A stretch of DNA of 64,000 bases. Origin: Flavobacteriales bacterium (GTDB lineage Bacteria; Bacteroidota; Bacteroidia; Flavobacteriales_F; PHOS-HE28). The position numbers and the translations under genes were made by a program. The notes beneath the pieces were generated by a model, which ran no database searches, was not told the origin of the DNA, and was given only the letters and a program-made list of their open reading frames with translations. The stretch is taken from assembly GCA_016704485.1 (NCBI GenBank), contig JADJAA010000001.1, positions 1,554,824-1,618,823 of the forward strand, in the 5' to 3' direction. Below are positions 27,018-34,753 of this stretch, one piece after another (the stretch's first letter is position 1; each line of letters starts with the position of its first letter).

Positions 27018-28226
27018 TCAATGTTTGGTGATGGTGGTAAATTCCCATTTAGACTGTCCGTTCAGTTCGACTTGTTTGACTTGGCCGGAAACGAGGTCGC
27101 CATCCACAAGGCTGTGTAGTTTTATCAGATCCTTGTTGATGTAGGCATCGCCAGCATGGGCGTAGGTGTTATCGTTGCGTTTCTTGACCACGACGCGGCC
27201 CAGTTCTTTGGTATCACCGTCGAGTAGGGGAACTCCGTCGCTGCCTACCGCTTCCTCGTGTAGCCAGGTTCGGTTCGCCTTGGGGTCTGGATACTTTGCT
27301 GCGAACTTCTTGAACCAGACCAACACGTCCATGAGCTGGAACACGATGGTGCTCAAGAGGTAAGGCGTTACACCATGCTCGTGTAGTGCTTCGAGATTGT
27401 CCAAGCTGTAATTGGAATCCTCAGCGGTCTCGTCCGCATGCGAGCTTTCGCTGGTTACCCGCAGAATATTGTCCAGTGCATCGGCAACGATCCGGGGCAT
27501 CATCGGGCGGTCACACTTCAAGGCCACCGTGGCCGAAGAACGGCTCGGATAAAGCACGCGCTCGCCCCGCAGGAACAGTGCTGACAAGCGTTGGTTGACC
27601 CTCGGCTTTACAAGGACATCGGGTAGTAACCCGTGCCGATGCGCGGCATAGAAGAAGTGCTCCACTACCTGACGCAAAGGATTCATGAATAAGCGATCAC
27701 TACCGGACTTGTCCCCGCGATCCACAAAGCGCAATGCGTCCATGAACATAGGGTCGGCAACGGCATCCAAATAAGGAACTTGGAGCACTGCGAACACATC
27801 GGCATACCTATCACGAAGCGCTTGCTCGTTGCTTCGATCAACAAGGCTCTGTAGTTCCGCGTATAGGTCCTTCTCGTTCCCTTTCAAGTACCGCCGCTCA
27901 TCACGACGGTTCTTTGTTGCACCTTCGTCAAAGCCGGTATTGATCACATACGGAATATGAATGTTCGCTCCTTTCCATTGGTCCAGATCCCTGCGGGCTT
28001 CATGCAGGTGGTCGATGTCCTCGGTGGGTGAATGTTCATCCACCTGCCCTCTGGCATCGAGGATCAAGGCTTTGAAACGCTTTTCTCGGATCGGTTCCTT
28101 AGCCTCGGCCCAGGTCTTGAACCAAGTCACTTCGAAACCGTGCGCGACCGCCTTAGCAATTTGGGCTTTGGCGTATGCTTCATCGTCATCTACTAAGGCG
28201 ATCGGAACCAGGTCAAACAGTGTCAT
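27018..28226 (-). CDS. Receiver (REC)-domain protein with DUF4145/HEPN-like middle domain and C-terminal beta-rich domain
   Basis: ATG 28226 gives MTLFDLVPIALVDDDEAY...FKALILDARG...IPYVINTGF, a REC-like acidic pocket, Asp and Thr. The middle region NPLRQVVEHFFYAAHRHG ... LDNILRVTSESSHAD parallels RRALERTVHWLY ... YIRRTGNAAAHDK in the HsdR N-terminus (Rx4-6H). 14-nt overlap with the upstream kinase gene. Confidence 0.6.
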   Translation of the reverse strand: MTLFDLVPIALVDDDEAYAKAQIAKAVAHGFEVTWFKTWAEAKEPIREKRFKALILDARGQVDEHSPTEDIDHLHEARRDLDQWKGANIHIPYVINTGFDEGATKNRRDERRYLKGNEKDLYAELQSLVDRSNEQALRDRYADVFAVLQVPYLDAVADPMFMDALRFVDRGDKSGSDRLFMNPLRQVVEHFFYAAHRHGLLPDVLVKPRVNQRLSALFLRGERVLYPSRSSATVALKCDRPMMPRIVADALDNILRVTSESSHADETAEDSNYSLDNLEALHEHGVTPYLLSTIVFQLMDVLVWFKKFAAKYPDPKANRTWLHEEAVGSDGVPLLDGDTKELGRVVVKKRNDNTYAHAGDAYINKDLIKLHSLVDGDLVSGQVKQVELNGQSKWEFTTITKH

Positions 28227-30909
28227 GCGAAATGGGAAGGTCAATGGTGAAGTGGACAAACATTTGAGTGGATACAGCTTCCCGGTCAAATGGTATCCAA
28301 TGATTCTCGTCTATACGTTGATCGCGTTCAAAACTCGATCGGTACTTGTCATCGCTCACTGGCAGGTTACCCGACACGAACTTTCCGCCGTGGTTGGCAA
28401 TGATCCGATCGATCAGATAGCCGCCTATGCCATTGCCCTTTTTCATGTCCAGACGCTTGCCAAAGGTGATGAAGTGCTCATGGGTAAAACCTTCCGGAAA
28501 GGGTTTGCCGTTGTTCTCGATGGTGATAACCAATCGCGTTCGTTGAGGTTCAATACGCGTTGATACCCTCACCCGTACGACCAATTGTTCCTGATCCGAT
28601 CGAAGGCCGTGTTTGGCCATATTGATGAACAAGTTCTGGATGACAAGTGCGAACTGTTGTTGATCGACATGTGCGATCACTCCTTCAGTGGTTTCTAGTC
28701 CAGCTTCACATTCGAAAATGACCATAAGCGCTTTCACCTGGTCGGCAAGTCCGCGCAATTCCGTTCGGAACAGTCGACGAAGGTCGATGGGCACTGGTCT
28801 TAGACTCTCCTTATCTGATCGGATCACCGCATTGATCAATTGAAAGAGACCGCGCATGCGATCCAATCCACTATTCATTGTATCTAGGGCGGTGGTGATC
28901 GTAGACTTTTCAACTGGGCCCAAACTGTTGAGTACTGCATGGATCTCGGCCATGGGTTGCTCCAGAAGCGCCACCACCGGGCGGAAGCTGTGCTCCACTG
29001 CACCAAGGATCTGCCACTCATCAGTGGAGAGGCCATGCTGTTTTTCCTGCCTAGCGATCTCCTCCTTCTTCGCCAATAGAATGGATTCCTTCCGTTCGCG
29101 AACAATGCGCAGTTGATCCTTGAGTTCGGGTAAGCGAACCCGAATTCTCAGAACGTCTGCTTTGGCTATGAAAGCGATCGTACTTCCTTGGTGGTATGCG
29201 TCGAGCTGATCTTGGATCGTGGGCGTTCTTAGTTCTGTTGCGAGGTATTCGGTATTAGCACGAGCCGCATCCACACGGAACATGAATACATTGCTTCCCA
29301 CGGCGATCGGTCCATCTACCGGGTCGAATAAGGTCGGCTTCAACTTTCCGCCCACCCGTGCAAGTAGCAGTGCTGGCACATCCAATCTCTTCAGTCCCTT
29401 CTTGACAGAACCGGTTTCATGTTGCCCATCACGCGCCGTGCGCCTCATGTCGAGGACATCCGTTGAAAGCTCGGAGACCTGGAAGAGCGGCAGACCGGCG
29501 AGGTCGCCCATGGAGAGGATATCGTCCGAAAGCACGGTGCCGAGTTCAACCACGTCCACACCATCCGCTTCGGCCACGATATGGGCTTGTTGAAGCAGGC
29601 TGGCAAACCGACTCATGCTCCAAGACACATGCTCGTCGGAACGGATGTCAGAAACCTTCACGTCCAAAACACCTTGTAAGGTATAAGTGCTATCCAACGC
29701 CTGCAGCACGCTGCTAACATCGAGTGTTATTTCGGATCGCGTCTTGTATGTGACATGCAAACCCGCATCCACGAATCGGACAGGCGCATTCGTTGGCCGT
29801 GATCCATTCAAAACAATGATCGAGGTCTTTATCCCTGAGTAGGGTGTGAAGGATCCTGCTGGCAACGAGATCACTGCTTCGAGCAACCCTAGGTCAAGAA
29901 TCTGTTTGCGTAGATGCGCTCTGTTGATGCCGAACAACATACTCTCGGGCACAAGGATCACCGCCTTCCCCTCGGGTGCAAGCCGCTTGAGGATCTGGTT
30001 GATCGCTATCTCATAGGGTTCTATCGCGCGTAGCCTTCCTTCCTCTTTCACTCGACCACCGAAAGGTGGTGCACTAATGCAATGCGTATACTTCTTGTTG
30101 GAAGCACCGGGTGCTGATGGTTCGTTCAAGGCGGCGTTCAGGTCTGCCCCGAGAATACGTGCTTGCAGCGTATTGAAGAAGAATGCGAATTGGTTGAAGA
30201 ATACCGCGTCGAGCTTTACAGAATGTGGCGCACGCGCTGCGAGCACTGCTGGCAATACGCTCGCATCCGCAGCTGGGTCGAATACCTCTTCCACGTCTCC
30301 GAGCAGCCGCGCCATAAGCATTGCAACGGACCATGGCGTACAGAACTGGCCCATGTGACTATCGCGCAAGAGGAGGCTACGCATTTCTTCCACATACTCG
30401 ATCGGTTCCAAACCCGCTGATGCCATGAGAAAAAGCTCAGTTTGTACTGGGCTTGTTGCCAGTGCGCCGCCATTTTTAAGAAGATACGAATGCTGCTCCC
30501 CAAAGTCCTTAAACTCCTCTGCCAATTCATTCAAGGTGGACCATAATCCTTCTCCTCTTTGAGCGATCGTAGGCAACACTCCTGCTGGGCGCACGGCCAA
30601 GGCATAAATGAGTGCCAGCTCCAAGCCAACGGTCTGCGCGAAGGGCATGGATCGTAGCGCATTGCGCAATTCCCATGCGTGGGCCTGAAAAAAACGGACC
30701 CGGTTCAACATACGTTCTGGATCCAACTGTAAACTACCGTCATCGGATATACTAACACGCCCACCAGACAACTCCACCTCAGCAAGCAAGCTCGATGGCT
30801 CAACGTCCTTCTGGCTCAATAAGACCTTGACGATATTACAGACACCCTCCAAAGTATCCGAGCCGTTCTTCAGGCGAAGGGCACATATTATGGCGTCTAT
30901 CAGTTTCAT
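28213..30909 (-). CDS. Chimeric sensor histidine kinase: HsdM-like N6-MTase fold (degenerate motifs) + HsdS-like TRD + DHp/HATPase_c
   Basis: MTase-like: GQFCTPWSVAMLMARLL, VFDPAADASVLP (motif I lacks GxG), HCISAPPFGG (Ala where N/D/S is expected), KAVILVPESMLFG...LLEAVISLPAGSFTPYSGIKTSIIVLN. TRD-like: VELGTVLSD...LLLARVGGKLKPTLFD...VGSNVFMFRV...YLATELRT. Kinase: H-box GAVEHSFRPVVALL, N-box VIQNLFINMAKHG, ITIENNGKPF, GNGIGGYLIDRII. Confidence 0.7.
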   Translation of the reverse strand: MKLIDAIICALRLKNGSDTLEGVCNIVKVLLSQKDVEPSSLLAEVELSGGRVSISDDGSLQLDPERMLNRVRFFQAHAWELRNALRSMPFAQTVGLELALIYALAVRPAGVLPTIAQRGEGLWSTLNELAEEFKDFGEQHSYLLKNGGALATSPVQTELFLMASAGLEPIEYVEEMRSLLLRDSHMGQFCTPWSVAMLMARLLGDVEEVFDPAADASVLPAVLAARAPHSVKLDAVFFNQFAFFFNTLQARILGADLNAALNEPSAPGASNKKYTHCISAPPFGGRVKEEGRLRAIEPYEIAINQILKRLAPEGKAVILVPESMLFGINRAHLRKQILDLGLLEAVISLPAGSFTPYSGIKTSIIVLNGSRPTNAPVRFVDAGLHVTYKTRSEITLDVSSVLQALDSTYTLQGVLDVKVSDIRSDEHVSWSMSRFASLLQQAHIVAEADGVDVVELGTVLSDDILSMGDLAGLPLFQVSELSTDVLDMRRTARDGQHETGSVKKGLKRLDVPALLLARVGGKLKPTLFDPVDGPIAVGSNVFMFRVDAARANTEYLATELRTPTIQDQLDAYHQGSTIAFIAKADVLRIRVRLPELKDQLRIVRERKESILLAKKEEIARQEKQHGLSTDEWQILGAVEHSFRPVVALLEQPMAEIHAVLNSLGPVEKSTITTALDTMNSGLDRMRGLFQLINAVIRSDKESLRPVPIDLRRLFRTELRGLADQVKALMVIFECEAGLETTEGVIAHVDQQQFALVIQNLFINMAKHGLRSDQEQLVVRVRVSTRIEPQRTRLVITIENNGKPFPEGFTHEHFITFGKRLDMKKGNGIGGYLIDRIIANHGGKFVSGNLPVSDDKYRSSFERDQRIDENHWIPFDREAVSTQMFVHFTIDLPISHDTV

Positions 30910-30971
30910 GCAACGGGGGTCAAAGTAAGCGGTGGAGGGTTATGGTGTAGATGTGTTTGCAGGTTATGATC

Positions 30972-32234
30972 TCAAGCGACTTTCTCCAGTCGGTTTGTCG
31001 GCAGAAGTTGGGCAGCCATACGATCCATGACCTCCCATTCCGGACGTGTGTACGAGTTGCTCTCCGTGACCACCGGGATCCTGAATTCGCCCATGGCATC
31101 CTCGCGCATAGCCCATTGATCCTTCTGGTCGTAGAGCTTTGTTCCGGGCAAAAGCATCAGCGGCCAAGCCTTAACGTCCCTGCAGCCTTTGGATAAGAGG
31201 TGGTCGATACTACGCTGGAAACTTTCCAAGGTCTGTCCGGGCAACCCGTAGATCAAACTCACTTCGAAAGGAATCTCGCGCTCCACAAGCTGTTCAATAG
31301 CAGCATCGACAAGATCCATCCGATTGGCGCGGTCAATTTTCTTGGACACTGCATGGTCCGTGGTCTGCAACCCGAACTCCAAGTGGAAGTTGGCTTGCGT
31401 ACAAAGGTCCAGGAATGCATTAACCTGTTGGCCTCGGATATTCTCAAAGCGCGATTGCAGGGTGAAGGTGGAGCGCGTACGGAGTTGAACGATCTCTTGC
31501 ATTATATCCAGGCACTCCTTCCCAGCGTTGAAGATGGGGTCGAGTATGTTCACGCGTTGCACACGATGTTCAGTGAGAAATGCTAACTCTTTAAAGACTT
31601 TATCCAGTGGGTGCTTATGCACGCGGTGAGTGGCGAGGTCGCGGTGTGCGCAAAATGAACACCGGTAGGGGCAGCCGCGTTTGGTCTCCAACCGTACCAT
31701 ACCGGCTCCCATTGGTACAGGCAATTCGCCAGTGAGATACGGTGAGGCCAGTTGTGTGAAGTCCACTGGTACGTTCACGAACACGGGTTCGTCGGCATCG
31801 AGATGGTCCGTCAATTCGGCAAAGGCTTGTTCGGCTTGTCCGGAGATGAAGACCTGGCAATCCGGATACCGACGCAGCAATTCTGCTCGGTTCCCGTAGG
31901 TGACTTGATACCCTCCGAGGACCACCTTGCCAAGGAACCCAAGACGACGAAGCAATGCGATGATGCCATTGGTGAGGTACTCGTTCCAGATGTAAGCCGA
32001 GAGCGCGATGGCGTTAAAGCGGCTCACATCAAGCGCCGCGAGTTGCACTTCGAATTGCTCGGGTGTGGCCGTGCCGCCGTGTTCGAGCATGTTGATCGAG
32101 AGGTGTTCCACGTGCATCTGTCCACGCAGCCGTTCATTACTCCGTTGGTGTGCCAAGAGAGATGCGATCGCCAAGGGCTTGGTGATCTCACCGTGCCGGA
32201 TCAGGTCGAAGGATATGATGAGCGTGTTCGTCAT
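30972..32234 (-). CDS. Radical SAM enzyme with N-terminal B12-binding-like domain
   Basis: ATG 32234 (MTNTLIISFDL...). Rossmann-like N-terminal domain VVLGGYQVTY. CxxxCxxC cluster in ETKRGCPYRCSFCAHRD. Confidence 0.8.
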   Translation of the reverse strand: MTNTLIISFDLIRHGEITKPLAIASLLAHQRSNERLRGQMHVEHLSINMLEHGGTATPEQFEVQLAALDVSRFNAIALSAYIWNEYLTNGIIALLRRLGFLGKVVLGGYQVTYGNRAELLRRYPDCQVFISGQAEQAFAELTDHLDADEPVFVNVPVDFTQLASPYLTGELPVPMGAGMVRLETKRGCPYRCSFCAHRDLATHRVHKHPLDKVFKELAFLTEHRVQRVNILDPIFNAGKECLDIMQEIVQLRTRSTFTLQSRFENIRGQQVNAFLDLCTQANFHLEFGLQTTDHAVSKKIDRANRMDLVDAAIEQLVEREIPFEVSLIYGLPGQTLESFQRSIDHLLSKGCRDVKAWPLMLLPGTKLYDQKDQWAMREDAMGEFRIPVVTESNSYTRPEWEVMDRMAAQLLPTNRLEKVA

Positions 32235-32343
32235 TGGTCCTCGCCACCAAGGGTCTATATGGTTGGATAATCGCTCAACCAACGAACTTCCCTATGGCAA
32301 CGGACCAAAAGTCCCGGTCACCTGTGCAGTCTATCTGCACAGT

Positions 32344-33354
32344 TCATTTCGCGTAGTTCTTCTTCATTTCCATCACCCGCAAAAGCAGCGCTTGGCGTAG
32401 TTCTTCCGGCGCAATAACCTGTAGCCCTTCTCCATAAGATAACAACAAGGCTTGTAGCTCGTAGTTCAGCTTCACTTCTAAACGAATAGTCGCGCCGCCG
32501 TCTTTTCTCTTCACTACTTTCTGCGAACCGTGTATAGGCTTTGACTCCAAATAAGGCCAAAGTCTATCCGTGACTTGGATCTTGACAACAACAGCTTCTT
32601 GATCCGCAGGTACACTTACACCAACAACATCCTCAAAATACTCCGTGAAATCCACCTCATCGTTCGGTATGTATTTCACCTTACTGGGTACAATATCCCG
32701 GATCCGGTCCAAGGCCATATTGACAATACGCCCCTCTTCCTCAAGACCAAAAACAAACCAACGGTTGTTATACTGTTTCAAGTAATACGGATGGAGCAAC
32801 ACAATGCTAGGCGCATTTTGCTTGAAGCCTTGGTAAGATATTTCCAAGGCTTGCTCATTGATGATCGAATGAAATAATGTGGTAATGTGCTCGGCACCTT
32901 TCAAATACGGGTTCTGCTCAAACTCGATGACCTGAGCAGCCCCTTGTTTCAGCCCGAAACCAGCTTCCAACCGAGCAACTAATTCATCTACCCATTCAAA
33001 CTGCGGCATGCCCTTAAATCGGCTCAGCGTTAAGAGCGCCTCCTTCAATTGTTCCGCTTCGCTCTCGTTCAGCGGTCGCTTGTTGATAGAGAATTCAAGG
33101 TCACTGTACCGGTAAAAAGTACGCTTTCCGTCTTTGTGTTTCTCCAGCGGGATAGCCCATCCTTGTTCGCTCTCCATGTACTTGATGTCCTCGAAAACTT
33201 GGCGGCGGCTGATGCTTGCACCTGCTCCGGTGAACTCCTCCAACGCCATGTTGCAAGCTTCCATCAGGTCTTCGATGAAATACTCGCGCCCACGGTTCGC
33301 AAAGCAACGGTCCATTGTCTGATAGCGAATAAGGGCATTCTTATTTACGGGCAT
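32344..33354 (-). CDS. WYL-domain transcriptional regulator (BrxR/CapW-like layout: wHTH + WYL + C-terminal domain)
   Basis: N-terminus MPVNKNALIRYQTMDRCFANRGREYFIEDLMEACN. WYL core VLLHPYYLKQYNNRWFVFG...NMALDRIRDIV. It is the first gene of the minus-strand operon. Confidence 0.8.
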   Translation of the reverse strand: MPVNKNALIRYQTMDRCFANRGREYFIEDLMEACNMALEEFTGAGASISRRQVFEDIKYMESEQGWAIPLEKHKDGKRTFYRYSDLEFSINKRPLNESEAEQLKEALLTLSRFKGMPQFEWVDELVARLEAGFGLKQGAAQVIEFEQNPYLKGAEHITTLFHSIINEQALEISYQGFKQNAPSIVLLHPYYLKQYNNRWFVFGLEEEGRIVNMALDRIRDIVPSKVKYIPNDEVDFTEYFEDVVGVSVPADQEAVVVKIQVTDRLWPYLESKPIHGSQKVVKRKDGGATIRLEVKLNYELQALLLSYGEGLQVIAPEELRQALLLRVMEMKKNYAK

Positions 33355-33489
33355 CTCGGGTGGCTGAAATTAGGGCTGAACGGTGTTACCAGCCTCGTCT
33401 TTTATGGTCCTTCAGAAATACAAAAAACGGACTAATGCTTCTGCGCTCACTTTTCAAAAATCAATTGCATAGAGCAAATTAATCTTCCG

Positions 33490-33904
33490 CTGCCAGCTGG
33501 GTGGTAACCTGCACCAAGCTTGATGGTACCACACACCAAGCTTAGTGGTACCCTGTGCCAAGCTTAGTGGTACCTTGCACTAAGCTTGATGGTACCCTGC
33601 ACTAAGCTTAGTGGTACCCTGCACTAAGCTTAGTGGTACTCTGCACTAAGCTTAATGGTACCCTGCACCCAGTTGGGTGGTACCCTCCACCCAGCAGGGT
33701 GGTACCCTGCACCCAGTTGGGTGGTACCCTGCACTAAGCTTAGTGGTACCCTGCACTAAGCTTAGTGGTACTCTGCACTAAGCTTAATGGTACCCTGCAC
33801 CCAGTTGGGTGGTACCCTGCACCCAGTTGGGTGGTACCCTGCACCCAGTTGGGTGGTACCCCGCACTAAACTTAATGGTACCCGACACCAAGCTCAATAG
33901 TGCA
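33490..33904. repeat. Tandem array 1: about 19 contiguous 22-bp units, each carrying a 14-bp palindrome plus GGTACC
   Basis: The units are CTGCACTAAGCTTAGTGGTACC (core CACTAAGCTTAGTG) or CTGCACCCAGTTGGGTGGTACC (core CACCCAGTTGGGTG). Units at 33597-33728 are repeated at 33729-33860 as a 132-bp (6-unit) higher-order repeat. Edge units are degenerate. Confidence 0.95.
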
Positions 33905-33993
33905 TTCCATTGATCTTGAGGGAGTTCACCTGAACCAGCATTGCGCTTGTGCCTCGGGAACTTGAGGAAGTAAAAGGTGAAATGGTCCGCTAT

Positions 33994-34202
33994 CTATACC
34001 ATACTACTATAGGGCACATTGAACCTTAGTCTGGACTTCCGCCTTCGGAACTGCATTCGCTGCCAGATGATCATTGGGGTGCAATTATCCCAAACCTATA
34101 CCATATTACTATAGGGGGCATAAGCCTCCATCTCCGGCTCGTGAACTTTGGAGGTAAAGATGGTGTGATTTGACCTACTACCTATACCATATTACTATAT
34201 GG
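33994..34202 (+). promoter_or_regulatory. Three dispersed copies of a 21-bp element CTATACCATA(T/C)TACTATA(G/T)GG
   Basis: Copies at 33994-34014, 34096-34116 and 34182-34202, with starts 102 and 86 bp apart, all in the same orientation. Two copies end in ACTATAGGG, identical to positions -6 to +3 of the T7 promoter consensus. Function is unknown. Confidence 0.5.
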
Positions 34203-34291
34203 TGCTTTGCACCGTGCGCCTCGTGGTGCACACTTGTGGTTCAGAACTGCTTCATGTAGGCCTGGTGCAAGAGGCTGTATTTGTTCCATTG

Positions 34292-34753
34292 GTACATGGC
34301 CTTGTCCCGTAAGTACATGTACTTGTGCCTTTGGTACATGTACTTGTCCCGTGAGTACATGTACTTGTCCCGTAAGTGCATGTACTTGTCCCGTGAGTAC
34401 ATGTACTTGTCCCGTGAGTACATGTACTTGTCCCGTAAGTACATGTACTTGTCCCGTAAGTACATGTACTTGTGCCGTTGGTACATGTACTTGTCCCGTA
34501 AGTACATGTACTTGTGCCGTTGGTACATGTACTTGTGCCGTTGGTACATGTACTTGTGCCGTGAGTACATGTACTTGTGCCGTGAGTACATGTACTTGTC
34601 CCGTAAGTACATGTACTTGTGCCGTTGGTACATGTACTTGTCCCGTAAGTACATGTACTTGTCCCGTAAGTACATGTACTTGTCCCGTAAGTACATGTAC
34701 TTGTCCCGTAAGTACATGTACTTGTGCCGTGAGTATGTGTACCTGTACCATGT
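34292..34753. repeat. Tandem array 2: about 22 contiguous 21-bp units built on the palindrome GTACATGTAC
   Basis: Units are GTACATGTACTTGTCCCGTAA, with variants ending ..GTGCCGTTG, ..GTCCCGTGA and ..GTGCCGTGA. Adjacent units form GTACATGTACTT-GTCCCGT-AAGTACATGTAC, a 12-bp stem with a 7-nt loop. The period is a multiple of 3, so all six frames appear open. Confidence 0.95.

Noticed and set aside
28213-30909. An active BREX PglX-like or Type IIG methyltransferase.
   Set aside because: Motif I lacks the glycine loop and motif IV reads APPF. The C-terminus is a histidine-kinase core rather than a nuclease or PglX tail. No PglZ, BrxC or BrxL genes are nearby.
33490-34753. Possible CRISPR arrays.
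   Set aside because: The units are directly contiguous with no unique spacers. Unit lengths of 21-22 bp are too short, and there are no cas genes in the window.
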